Of a stretch of 64,000 bases of DNA, positions 18,078 through 27,953 are shown in pieces. Location: sequence record MT799840.1; one strand, 5' to 3'. The notes under the pieces are model-generated. The model saw nothing but the letters and a program-made list of their open reading frames with translations. It searched no databases and was not told the origin of the DNA. Every line of letters starts with the position of its first letter. The first letter of the stretch is position 1. The translations under genes and the position numbers were made by a program.

Positions 18078-20029
18078 GTGAGAAAGGTACCAAAATTCTA
18101 CGGAATATCCGGCCGGTTGGTTAGTCAGGATAACTATTTGTCCGATTTGCAAATAGAAGCTGCTGCCAAAGGTATTAAACCACCCACTATTATTAACGAT
18201 GTCGCCGTTAACGGGGATGCGATCGAGGTTGCTGAACTTATCGATCGCATGGTACAGAACAGAATCGTTGACGAAGAACTGAACTCTGCACCGATTTGTA
18301 GTTTGGATTGTCCGGCACCGATCGCGCATCGTTACAATCTCGGTTGTAAGTGTCCGACGTGTGGCTATGTTGTAACTGAACATCGAATTGAATCCGATGT
18401 CTGGTTACGTGCACCCGATGAAATGGGTAACTTCGTCAACCCACGATTCTGGGCAATGTTCAATGCTTTCTTTAATAGCAAGTTGAAGAAGTTTGAACGT
18501 AACAAGGTCACTATCGAACGCGGTAATGACTTGATGATGTGGATGATTGACCCGTATTACCGTATAGAAGAACCAGACGGTAAACGCGCACATGCTGTGA
18601 AACGTGTATTGGAAGAACATGGTTTCGTTCGTGGCTTGCGCAATCTGGTTGATAACCACGTTAGTATCTTTAACATCCTTACCACGCCAGAAGCCTGGAA
18701 GGAAATCTTCGCACCTAATCGGCATAACGCCGCTGAAGGTGAACGCTTACGTTTACAATGGAAGGAGCTATTCGAAACGCAACGTCACGCATTCTTCCCA
18801 AGACACTTACCGCTAATCTCCTCTAAACTTATCGTTACTGAGGAAGGTCGTCGTGGTGTCATGGTAGACCCAGTGTTCACGGGTGCTATTGACGCGGTGA
18901 AAAATATCGCGTTGCTCTATACGCGGCGTAAAGCGATCGAACCACGTTTTCTGATTAGTCGTGCTTTGAAAGCGAACCGTCAGTTAACGTACTTCCACAT
19001 GGACTTCCGTCGTGAGTCTATGGAAGGTAAACCGGGTGACTATCGCGCGAAATTGGGTTCCACCCATATTCCGTTCGGTGGTCGTGCAACCATCTCACCT
19101 ATCTCAGAACCACACGATGCCTGGAAGTTAAAAGCACCATGGCGTTGGATGGTTGGGTTGATGTCGACCCACATCGAGAACAAACTGCTACGACGGGGTT
19201 ATTCGTCACGGCAGTGTGAACGTATCGTTGCAAAAGCGGCAATGCAGTATGACCCGCTTGTAGATGAAATCTTTAAAGAGCTAATTCGTGAATCCCCAGG
19301 CGGTCTTGGGATCATGGTCATACCGCTACGTAACCCAACGCTGGTACAGTTGTCTATTCAGACGCTGTTCATCGACGAAGTTGTTACCGATGTTAACCAG
19401 TGTTCGCTGCGTATCTCTGACCGTGTGATCAAGATGGCTAACGGTTCGAAAAGAGCCCCATCGGACGGGAAACCTCTGATGCGTATTCTCCTGAAATGCT
19501 GGGAAACCCTAAAGCGTGTCTACCAGAAATGGGGACGAAAGTCTGAAACAACAGATACGATGGCCTACGCTAAACAATACTGCTAACGGTTGTGATAATG
19601 GGTAATCAGCAGCGAAGCCTCGTGAGAGGAACGTTCAACGACTATCGCTGAAATGCGAGTAGGGGTCCCAGTGGACTTCGAAGTGGGAGAACACCTAAGG
19701 CGATAGCTATGGTGAAGATATAGTCTGTGCCTTATCGAGAGATAAGGAGGGTGTCTTAGCACACCTGCTGTATACGGAAACGGTATACGGTGGACAAACA
19801 GGATTTCGATGGCGACCAGTTCCAGGTACGTTTGCCAGTCGATGAAACTGAGATGAAGTTGGCGCTCCAATTCCGTCCAGATAACGGCTTTATGTCTTCT
19901 ACTGATGTGGACCGCGTAGAACACGGCATGGTTTTACATAACGAGCTAATCAGTATGCAGAACCAGTTCCTTATTGAAGCAGATGAGGATGATGAAGAAG
20001 GCATTCCGTTGGAAGCGGTGATGGGCTAA
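18078..20029 (+). CDS. Non-virion RNAP beta-prime N-terminal subunit (phiKZ gp55-like), two exons 18078-19445 + 19802-20029, ~531 aa
   Basis: Zn-ribbon CSLDC..CKCPTC, MEGKPGDYRAKLG, GGRATISP and LRNPTL motifs. Splicing restores the catalytic NGDFDGD. Confidence 0.9.
19446..19801 (+). mobile_element. Group I self-splicing intron, ORF-less (356 nt)
   Basis: P AAATGCTGGGAAA 19494, Q AATCAGCAG 19604, R GTTCAACGACTA 19633, S AAGATATAGTC 19715. P1 hairpin has the U.G pair at the 5' splice site (U19445.G19455). Terminal G19801. Confidence 0.93.
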
Positions 20030-20042
20030 TAGGAGTATTGTA

Positions 20043-20624
20043 ATGTGGCTACAAGGTAGCACGGTGTGGACGAAACAGACCGAAGGTAGCGGGGCACTCA
20101 GCGTATTCAAAGAATCGTTTTCGCTGTCTAGCCTGGCACCCGATCTCGTTGACCGTGTAAAAGAACATTGTCAGGACTTAATCTCACTGGAGCGTTTCCG
20201 TGAAACATTCAGTACCGCACGTAAATTACGTTATAGCGATGCGGTAGAGATGGTAAGACAGATCGAAGAGTTGGGTGAATTCCAGTTCGCCAATGCTGCT
20301 TTACAGCCATTCCTCGTTGCCATGCCGGAATATCGTAAGTTGTATAATGACGGTATGGCGACTGGTTATGAGAATGGCTTTTCGCGGTTGGATGTGTTCA
20401 AAGGGAATGCGTATATGCGTACTGATGACCACTTCCGCGAAGCAACATCGGGCATTTCGACGAAGTACGACGAAGATAAGATTTGGCAATGGGCTACCAA
20501 TGAAGATCGTGCAGTACGACTGAGTCGAATCGATAAAGTGGATATTCAACTTAACTGGGCACGCATGTCAGCTTTCGACTGGGAAGATGGTGATCCCTGT
20601 TCGGAACTTGGCGCGACGTGTTAA
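20043..20624 (+). CDS. Conserved phiKZ gp59-like core protein
   Basis: 193-aa ORF, AGGAG RBS, core synteny after nvRNAP beta-prime N. Confidence 0.7.
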   Translation: MWLQGSTVWTKQTEGSGALSVFKESFSLSSLAPDLVDRVKEHCQDLISLERFRETFSTARKLRYSDAVEMVRQIEELGEFQFANAALQPFLVAMPEYRKLYNDGMATGYENGFSRLDVFKGNAYMRTDDHFREATSGISTKYDEDKIWQWATNEDRAVRLSRIDKVDIQLNWARMSAFDWEDGDPCSELGATC

Positions 20625-20631
20625 AAAAGAT

Positions 20632-20654
20632 GGGGCTTCGGCCCCTCTTTTTTT
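20632..20654 (+). terminator. Rho-independent terminator
   Basis: GGGGC-TTCG-GCCCC + T-tract. Confidence 0.8.
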
Positions 20655-20706
20655 CTTCACTGGGGGCTGTATGCAGCATCCTACCTTGAATTTGACAGGA
20701 GCTAAC

Positions 20707-21093
20707 ATGATTGCGGTAGGAACCTTATCCACACGTGGCTGGGCACGTACACCCCAGGAAAAGGCGCGTGAGTTGATGAACCATTACACCGAGTCTGGCT
20801 ATAGCCAATCGGTGGTTTATCGTGGGAACATTAAATCACTTGCGTATACGCAAGCTGTGTTTGCACAAGATCCCGATGGGATGGTTGCCCAGATTAAAAT
20901 GGATTTGGAGAACCTCTACGGGAACGTATTTCCTGCTGGCGTTGAAGTTGAAACCAGCTGGGAGTTTTTAAAAGATTCAGATGTGCGTTACCGCATCTTC
21001 ATTAGTGTCCGTGTGCAAGAAGTTGTAGACGGTGAATGGTACGATGTTGAGCGGTACGTGGATACCGAGTCGAGTGCGATTGAGGATATGTAA
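20707..21093 (+). CDS. Conserved hypothetical protein (possibly T4 gp25-like fold)
   Basis: Start reassigned to MIAVGTL (AGGA RBS; TATG motif at 20670). The fold is a guess from the C-terminal helix + two strands. Confidence 0.65.
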   Translation: MIAVGTLSTRGWARTPQEKARELMNHYTESGYSQSVVYRGNIKSLAYTQAVFAQDPDGMVAQIKMDLENLYGNVFPAGVEVETSWEFLKDSDVRYRIFISVRVQEVVDGEWYDVERYVDTESSAIEDM

Positions 21094-21767
21094 TGAGCCA
21101 GGAACCTACATTTAACGGTGTACCGTTAAGTCAGATGAATGAGCAGATGCGCTTTGAGTATAACAAACTCAAAGAGATTGAAAACGATTTGGCGGAAAGC
21201 CAGAACGTCTGTAGTGTCTTCACCGAAGCACAGTTCCGTCGTCAGGGCTTACCACTGTTGTCCGGGATGCTTGATGGTACTTTTAACGAAGAGACCTGGA
21301 CAGCTTACGTAGGAAGTCCATTTGTACCCCTGCAGATTGTGGACGATGCTGATAATAGCAAACTGCTATTTACCATCCCTGCTCTGCTGAACACCGGCCG
21401 CTCGTTAATTACCGTTGACGGCGAACCTTCACTCTCCGATGAGACTGAGTACATCCGTCGTCAGGTTGATGTGATTGCAACCGTCGGTGAAACCCAGATG
21501 TACAAGATGATCGATTACACCCTAACCGGGATCGAAAATATGTCTCTGGCTGAAAATTCAGTTCGTGCGAAGTACATTATTGACTTGCTGAACTGGATTT
21601 TCCGACGCTACGGTGTGGGTGGTCAATTGCCATATCCGGAAGGGTTGGTTGAATACGTCGATAAAATTACCGGCGGTAAAAACACGGCGACAGCTGCAGA
21701 GACTTCGGTGCAAGCCCCAGCTCAAACGCAGCCAATCGTAGGGATCGGTGATGGAGAAGATTACTAA
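21093..21767 (+). CDS. Conserved hypothetical protein
   Basis: 224-aa ORF, TAATG overlap. Confidence 0.75.
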   Translation: MSQEPTFNGVPLSQMNEQMRFEYNKLKEIENDLAESQNVCSVFTEAQFRRQGLPLLSGMLDGTFNEETWTAYVGSPFVPLQIVDDADNSKLLFTIPALLNTGRSLITVDGEPSLSDETEYIRRQVDVIATVGETQMYKMIDYTLTGIENMSLAENSVRAKYIIDLLNWIFRRYGVGGQLPYPEGLVEYVDKITGGKNTATAAETSVQAPAQTQPIVGIGDGEDY

Positions 21768-22899
21768 ACCTCCTAAGAAACCAGAAGGCGTTAAGCGCCT
21801 TTTGAACACTAACGATATCCATTTGTTGCATAAACGTGTGCCCACGTGGCACATCGTGGATGTGATACGTGAGATACTCATTAGCTGCGAAAATACGCTT
21901 GACGCCTTTTATATAGCAGGGGATTTATTTGATGATTCCCGACATCTTCGCCAGGAAGATTCTCAAGAAGCTGTGGGCTTCTTGACGTGGTTGCTCCAGT
22001 GGTCTAAGGCCACTAATACCGCAGTTCGCATCGTTGAGGGAACACCGTCCCATGACCACGGCCAGTCCAAAATAGTTGAGTCGCTGAACATCAGTATAGG
22101 CGCAGACTGTTTGTATTTGGCAGGGATCGGGATATTTTACGATCCGGCTCTCGATGCGATGGTAGGTTGGGTGCAGGACGAATATAAAGCTGCTGGCGTC
22201 GATGAAATTAATGCCGCTGCCACTGAGGCAGAAATGGCAGAACTGATGGCGACACGAGGCTTGGAGAAGTTAGACTTTATCTTCATGCACGGCTGCTTCC
22301 AGTTTCAACTCCCTGTCGAGTCCCCTCGTTCTTTCCACGAGGAGTTCTGGTTGCCGAGAGTCAAGCACCTGATATTTATCGGGCACGACCATCGACCTAA
22401 AGAATTAGACAAGATAAGAGTTGTAGGTAGTCCTGAGCGACTATCTCAAGGTGAAGAGGAGGACAAAGGCGTAGCTCTTGTCGATTTCACCGATACGGTT
22501 GCCAGGGATTATTTCCTGGTTAACCCACGCGCGTGCCCGCAGAAAAAGATTCGGGCACAGGAAGACTTTGATGCGCAGTTAGCAGCTTGTCTTTCTGCAT
22601 TAGAATACATCGACAATCATCCTTCGTCCGCTATTGGACGATTTGAAGTCGAGTATTACGCAGGTTCACCGATGGCCGAATACGTCAGTCGGTGGAAAAA
22701 AGAATACACGTTCCATATTTCTGGAGAGCGTGTGCGCTCCTCTGAAGAAGAGGAGTTGTTAGTGAAGAGTTTTTCGAACGAAGCCCCAGTGTACGAAAAA
22801 CCTACTCCTGAGAACTTCGAACGGTTGGTTCTCGAAGAGCTAACATCAGTGAAGTACGACCCTGATGTTGTTACTGCAATCATTAGGAAAATAGAATGA
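21748..22899 (+). CDS. sbcD: SbcD/Mre11-like metallophosphoesterase nuclease
   Basis: Motifs NDIH, AGDLFD, GTPSHD, FMHG and IGHDH. Confidence 0.85.
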   Translation: MMEKITKPPKKPEGVKRLLNTNDIHLLHKRVPTWHIVDVIREILISCENTLDAFYIAGDLFDDSRHLRQEDSQEAVGFLTWLLQWSKATNTAVRIVEGTPSHDHGQSKIVESLNISIGADCLYLAGIGIFYDPALDAMVGWVQDEYKAAGVDEINAAATEAEMAELMATRGLEKLDFIFMHGCFQFQLPVESPRSFHEEFWLPRVKHLIFIGHDHRPKELDKIRVVGSPERLSQGEEEDKGVALVDFTDTVARDYFLVNPRACPQKKIRAQEDFDAQLAACLSALEYIDNHPSSAIGRFEVEYYAGSPMAEYVSRWKKEYTFHISGERVRSSEEEELLVKSFSNEAPVYEKPTPENFERLVLEELTSVKYDPDVVTAIIRKIE

Positions 22900-23732
22900 A
22901 TCCAATCAGTGTTGATCGCACTTTCGGGTTCTATTCAGTGTCAATCGCCAGTTCGCTGGCGTTTGAAGGTCTGCTGCATACCGGCGAATACGCCGACTGG
23001 AAAGGCGAATTGCCTATCCATTCCTATCAGGAAATATACCTGAATCTCCGGACATTGTTCCGTAACGCCTTCTATGCGTTTGAAGAGAATAGAGAACGGT
23101 TAACACCCGACGTGATGCTAACATCGATTGAAGAAGATATTAATAATCTTACGGCTACCGCGAGAGCGGTAGCCCCTTCGGTGTTATGCGTTCCGTACCT
23201 TTGTAGCTATCGTAGCGCTAACAAAGTGTTTCCCGAAGCCTCGTTCAAAAACATTGCAGGCGGTCAGGATAAGATGACGCCAAACCAGCTGCACTATAAT
23301 GCACTGGAACACGACACCTTAAAAATGTACGGTGAGAAACACGAAAATGACTTCCGTCAATTCGATGTTTTCCCAGAGGGTAGCCGCGACACACTGTTAC
23401 TGACCCACATGCCAGCTGATCTCCTGGCACGTAAAGATTTCCCTAAACTAGGTTTGTTGGAATCGCACACCGGTAAAGTGAAAACACAACTGGAGTGGTA
23501 CACCAAACTTAACGGGAAACCCCAACATATTCCGTTTAACAAAGCGTTCCTGACGTTGTTTGGCGACGGGATAATGTTTTCACCCCTCGATCGCAAAACG
23601 CGTGGAGTGGTGTTAAAAACCGCAGAGAAGTACAGCTGGAAACAGGATACCACAATGGACCGTATTTATAACTGTCTAAAACTGGTGAATGAGCCATTTG
23701 TAATTGAACTGCTCCGCAGGCTTATGAAGTAA
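22896..23732 (+). CDS. Conserved protein, possibly divergent 5'-3' exonuclease/flap nuclease fold
   Basis: IYLNLRTLFRNAF, LLLTHMPADLL and FLTLFGD loosely echo PolI 5'-nuclease blocks. Follows sbcD. Confidence 0.5.
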   Translation: MNPISVDRTFGFYSVSIASSLAFEGLLHTGEYADWKGELPIHSYQEIYLNLRTLFRNAFYAFEENRERLTPDVMLTSIEEDINNLTATARAVAPSVLCVPYLCSYRSANKVFPEASFKNIAGGQDKMTPNQLHYNALEHDTLKMYGEKHENDFRQFDVFPEGSRDTLLLTHMPADLLARKDFPKLGLLESHTGKVKTQLEWYTKLNGKPQHIPFNKAFLTLFGDGIMFSPLDRKTRGVVLKTAEKYSWKQDTTMDRIYNCLKLVNEPFVIELLRRLMK

Positions 23733-23797
23733 GTTAAAATTTACGTTAGTGGGACATCATGTGTGAACCACTAGACTGCTTTTCCGAAAAGGATGAA

Positions 23798-24457
23798 ATG
23801 ATGATTAACCAAGAAATTTTCAAAGACAAATGGCTTTACCCGCAGACCGAACCGGATCAGCAAAACCGTACGCGTAAACTCAACATCGAACCGAATGATT
23901 TCAACGGTGACGTTGAAACTTTGAAGTTTAGCTACTCCTTTGGTAAGGGCGAAGGTCTCTATTTCTCTGCGCCGATTACGGTTTGCCGTACCATTATCGA
24001 AGCTCTGCAGGATTGTCTGCGTAAGAGCGAAAAGAGTATGCTGAAGTTTACTAACGAAAACGGCAACAAACCGCCCGTTAGTCTGATTGTTGGCCGTGAA
24101 GACAACCTGGTACCGTTCATCGCTATTGCCGGTGAAATCCAGGGCGTTGGTGCCCGCCAGAAGAAGTTCTACTTCTCCTATCCGAAAGGTTTCCGTATTT
24201 TCCGCGACGGCCAGCAGGTTTCTGATTTAGAACTTGCCGAGCGCTGCGCACGTGCGTTTATCACTAACTTCGAGAAGTTCTTACAGAACCTGGAAGAGAA
24301 ATATAAGCCGCGTGAATTCCAGCAAGGTGGTGGTAGCTTCGGTCGTGGTGGATACGGCGGTGGCCAGGGTGGTGGTCAGCGTAGCGGCGGCGGTTATCAA
24401 CAGCAGCAACAATCTGCACCTCCAGCAACCACTGATTCTTACGACGAATTCCTCTAA
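23798..24457 (+). CDS. chmC: ChmC-like nucleic-acid-binding protein
   Basis: Lies two genes upstream of the picA-like gene, as recalled for nucleus-forming phages. Has a Gly/Gln/Tyr-rich tail and acidic end SYDEFL. Assigned by synteny. Confidence 0.6.
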   Translation: MMINQEIFKDKWLYPQTEPDQQNRTRKLNIEPNDFNGDVETLKFSYSFGKGEGLYFSAPITVCRTIIEALQDCLRKSEKSMLKFTNENGNKPPVSLIVGREDNLVPFIAIAGEIQGVGARQKKFYFSYPKGFRIFRDGQQVSDLELAERCARAFITNFEKFLQNLEEKYKPREFQQGGGSFGRGGYGGGQGGGQRSGGGYQQQQQSAPPATTDSYDEFL

Positions 24458-24477
24458 GAAACAAAATAAAAAAATAC

Positions 24478-24497
24478 GCCCAAGGGAAACCTTGGGC
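24478..24497. terminator. Stem-loop, terminator-like
   Basis: GCCCAAGG-GAAA-CCTTGGGC preceded by an A-tract. Confidence 0.55.
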
Positions 24498-24543
24498 TAT
24501 TAACGCTTATGCGTGGTCCTGCAACACACACTGTAAGAAGATT

Positions 24544-24559
24544 GAGATAGATATTATCT
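24544..24559 (+). promoter_or_regulatory. Putative early promoter
   Basis: GAGATAGATATTATCT upstream of the sigma-like subunit. Confidence 0.65.
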
Positions 24560-24593
24560 CAGTGCAATCGACTATTCGCGGAGTTCAACTATA

Positions 24594-26228
24594 ATGAAAA
24601 TTATGAAGATTAAAGACCGGATGACAATCGAGCATCGTGGTCAAGAGGTCTCATTTATTGGCTTACGTTATCGGAAGGATAACAACGCACCCGACTACAT
24701 CACTGTTAAAGGTAAACAGATTGCACGCGACAACATTCTCTTCATGGAATTACAACGCGTGTGGGATTATTTAACGCCTGACGAACAAGATGAACTGTTC
24801 ATGGCGTATCTGATGCTGGACGAGCTGGCAAACGAATCGACGGAAACGCAGCGTAAGCACATGCCGAAGATTGTGCAGACGATTGCGAAGTTCCACAAGG
24901 CCGAAGTGTATCGTAAGCTGTATCCCATCGATAAGCTGTGGATTCCGCAGAACATGGAAGATACGCACGATGAAATGAACAGTAATTATCCGGAAGCGAT
25001 GACGTACATTCGTCCAGACTATTACGAGTTGTTGATACTGGTCCTGATGATTAAACCGTATATTCCGGTGTTCCTTACCATGGGGACGTTCCCGATAGGT
25101 AAAAACTTGCCAATCGAAACACATCGGAAAATGGTGTACAATCTGACATACTGTCTGGAGATGCTTCAAGACACAGAAGTCATGTCTTTACCTGCTATTC
25201 CGAAACTGCGTGGGTTCCTACAGACAGTGATGGAAAAGGTAGAAAAAGAACTGGCAAACAAAGGTACGAACAGCACCAGTTTGTCGGTACTGGCTACGGT
25301 GCGGGGCTATGGCACGGATATGATGGAAGATTATATCCTGGCGTATGCTATTATTAAATTGTTGGCTGTCCGTGAAGTCGGTGGTGAATTACCGGTTGAA
25401 ATCATGGTTAACAACAATATCGTCACCGGCATGTATTTTCTGGTTAAACAAGAGATTGAAACAGGTTTTGCAAACAAAATCTCTAACCAGCCGGTGCTGT
25501 TAAAAGCGCATCCGGAAAGTGTGGTATTCAATGGCGAAAAGGGTAAGATAAACGCCATGGATTTGGTGCAGGCACGTTCTCCTGCACAGATGAAAGAATA
25601 CGTCCGTACCGAGTACGTATTTAAAGAATACCGCTCTTTCTTGAAAACAATGCGTCTGGATAATGCCGCTCCAGCAGATGTTAAATTATTGATTGATTCG
25701 CAACTGGCAACACACGACGGTCCTGTCTATACGTTGCACGAATGGTTAGTCGCGTTAGCACTCCATCGTAGCGTGCATTATAAGACGTATACTGAATGTG
25801 GACCAGAAGCGTTTCGCTACGGTATGGCATTGGCACAGGCAACTTATCTCAATTATGGAATGTATGACGTTGCGCAACTGTTAAGTTGCAATATGGTGCG
25901 TTCTGAGATGTCTGCCGGTTATGCAGCCGACCCAATTCGATCTGAACTCAAAGCAGATTTAGATAGATATTATCTTCAGGAGTATCGCAACCCGCGTAAT
26001 CTCGAACCGCAATCTACACCACGGGAATCACTGACCTTGTTACACAAGGATCACATCAACCCGTATCTGTTCCATCTCAGGGCTACACCAGAAGCAGCTG
26101 CGCTGCTGAAGTGTGAGACGGATCAGCCAAACTATATACCTCACTTGTCACTGCACAATAGCCTGGCGGAGTTTATGGTGTTGAATGCACGTCGCAAGTT
26201 AGAAGAAGTTGAATGGTTTAATTCTTAA
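24594..26228 (+). CDS. nvRNAP promoter-specificity (sigma-like) subunit, phiKZ gp68-like
   Basis: 544 aa, all-helical character, early promoter. Occupies the gp68 position before gp69, gp70 and beta. Confidence 0.65.
   Translation: MKIMKIKDRMTIEHRGQEVSFIGLRYRKDNNAPDYITVKGKQIARDNILFMELQRVWDYLTPDEQDELFMAYLMLDELANESTETQRKHMPKIVQTIAKFHKAEVYRKLYPIDKLWIPQNMEDTHDEMNSNYPEAMTYIRPDYYELLILVLMIKPYIPVFLTMGTFPIGKNLPIETHRKMVYNLTYCLEMLQDTEVMSLPAIPKLRGFLQTVMEKVEKELANKGTNSTSLSVLATVRGYGTDMMEDYILAYAIIKLLAVREVGGELPVEIMVNNNIVTGMYFLVKQEIETGFANKISNQPVLLKAHPESVVFNGEKGKINAMDLVQARSPAQMKEYVRTEYVFKEYRSFLKTMRLDNAAPADVKLLIDSQLATHDGPVYTLHEWLVALALHRSVHYKTYTECGPEAFRYGMALAQATYLNYGMYDVAQLLSCNMVRSEMSAGYAADPIRSELKADLDRYYLQEYRNPRNLEPQSTPRESLTLLHKDHINPYLFHLRATPEAAALLKCETDQPNYIPHLSLHNSLAEFMVLNARRKLEEVEWFNS
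25960..25975 (+). promoter_or_regulatory. Intragenic copy of the early promoter motif
   Basis: TAGATAGATATTATCT, ~265 nt upstream of the picA-like start. Confidence 0.45.
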
Positions 26229-26240
26229 GGAGTATTTAAA

Positions 26241-27941
26241 ATGCAGCTTGTAAATCTACTGATGTATCCGGTCTACGATGTTCCAGAGCAAGTTCGTCGC
26301 CGCATCGGCTTTAACGCATCGACGGGTGCACTGGATGACTTAGCAGCAGCGGTTGAACTGGGCGGGGAAAAAGCTGTGGGAACACAGCAGTATCAAGAAG
26401 CATTATCTGCCATCGTGGGCTTCGATGGCACCCAGAATGGTTTTGAGCGTCCATTCATCAACGTGTCCGATGATGACAATCGTCCTGTACAGTTCCAATG
26501 GGAATCACGTGATACCGGTATCTTTAACTTCGTGGCGGTGTTTATTGCTAAACCTCTGAATGCAACACGCACTCAGGAAACGCAATACATCGTCTCCGGT
26601 TATACCAGTCAGGCAGAAACCAGCCTGGGTAGCCTGCTGCCGGACGATATGGTGTTGTACATTAACGACATCTACGGCTTACAGGCAACGTATACACACG
26701 ATGCCCTGGGTGGCAAAACATTGAACCCAGACTCATTCCGTCTACTGGATAACTACGTTTTATCGAAAGCGCTGTCTGTTGAAGGTCAAACAGAAAGTAC
26801 GGTAGATATCATTTCGATCGCGAAAGCAGCGGATATGGTAAAACGTATTGAAATGAATAGCGGTGAGAAGTTCGTTCCAACGAGCGACTCTGTGCTATCC
26901 GCAACCAGTAGCTCTGCACCACAGTTGATGGTATCCCAACTCCAGCGTCCAGAAAACTACGTATCTGCCATCAGTAATGCGTATCTGGCAAGCTCTGGGG
27001 TAGATACCGAACTCGGTAGCGTGGAAAGCTTCTTTGCAGGTAATAACTCCATCGGCGTTGAATCTGAATTGAAGCAGCGTGGTGTTATCCGTAACTACAG
27101 CAACCACGAACTGATTGCTGCGATGCGTCAAGCACTCCAGAACGGAATGTCTGATGTATCTGGCGGTTGGAAAGCAACCAGTAAGGCGACGTTCCGTTTG
27201 GCTGATTTGCGTAATGCGATTGTCAACCCAATGCGGTTGGATGAATGTATCCGTGAATCGCTGGCGCTGGCAAGTCGCCGTGGGTTGGGTGCAGGGCTGG
27301 TTAACCAAACCGACCACTGGATTGGACGTAACGGCTTTTCTACTCAGGGTAGTCTAGTTGCGTATGATCTGGCTATGTCTATCGGGCCGATTATGTCACG
27401 TAACCTGATTGGTGAAGTGAGCTTTGTCTTTGATAACCGCAACACGGATATCATGATAGAGCCTACGCTGGAAGTTATTCCTAACTCAGTCAGCAGCATC
27501 ACACACCATCAGTTACCTGCTGCATTAGGTCGTCGTTTCTTGCAGAACATGAAAGAAGCGATGGTTCAGGTTACTAAACATAACCATATTCGCTGTCACA
27601 TGCTGGTCACCGCATTGTTGGGGACCGTTACTCGTATTGAAATCCGTGTCGACGACGAACCGCTGGAATATTACACCTACGCGTCGTTTATGCAATTCCG
27701 TCTCCATACCGGCAACACCACCGATCTCAAATACGTTGGTGAGCTGGCACAGAACACCGCAACGCTGTTGAAAGCCGTGGAAGAAGGTTATACAGAATTC
27801 GAGAAAGGCCAAGGCCGGGGTCGAATGCTATCTAACATTCCAACTAACACAGGTGGCTTAGATCCTCTTGGAGGTCTTGACCTGGGTGGTGGCTTAGGCG
27901 GTATAGGCGGAAACGGACTCGGCAACGGTCTCATTGATTAA
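26241..27941 (+). CDS. picA: PicA/Imp1-like nuclear-shell protein import factor (phiKZ gp69-like)
   Basis: 566 aa, AAGGAG RBS, directly follows the gp68-like gene. Assigned by synteny and size. Confidence 0.65.
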   Translation: MQLVNLLMYPVYDVPEQVRRRIGFNASTGALDDLAAAVELGGEKAVGTQQYQEALSAIVGFDGTQNGFERPFINVSDDDNRPVQFQWESRDTGIFNFVAVFIAKPLNATRTQETQYIVSGYTSQAETSLGSLLPDDMVLYINDIYGLQATYTHDALGGKTLNPDSFRLLDNYVLSKALSVEGQTESTVDIISIAKAADMVKRIEMNSGEKFVPTSDSVLSATSSSAPQLMVSQLQRPENYVSAISNAYLASSGVDTELGSVESFFAGNNSIGVESELKQRGVIRNYSNHELIAAMRQALQNGMSDVSGGWKATSKATFRLADLRNAIVNPMRLDECIRESLALASRRGLGAGLVNQTDHWIGRNGFSTQGSLVAYDLAMSIGPIMSRNLIGEVSFVFDNRNTDIMIEPTLEVIPNSVSSITHHQLPAALGRRFLQNMKEAMVQVTKHNHIRCHMLVTALLGTVTRIEIRVDDEPLEYYTYASFMQFRLHTGNTTDLKYVGELAQNTATLLKAVEEGYTEFEKGQGRGRMLSNIPTNTGGLDPLGGLDLGGGLGGIGGNGLGNGLID

Positions 27942-27953
27942 GGATTATTAACC

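Noticed and set aside
19446-19586. C-terminal 46 aa of ORF 18078-19586 as real protein
   Set aside because: It is read-through into the group I intron; the catalytic DFDGD is in exon 2.
19583-20004. Minus-strand ORFs (113 aa, 82 aa) as an intron-encoded endonuclease
   Set aside because: They are on the wrong strand and have no HNH, GIY-YIG or LAGLIDADG motif.
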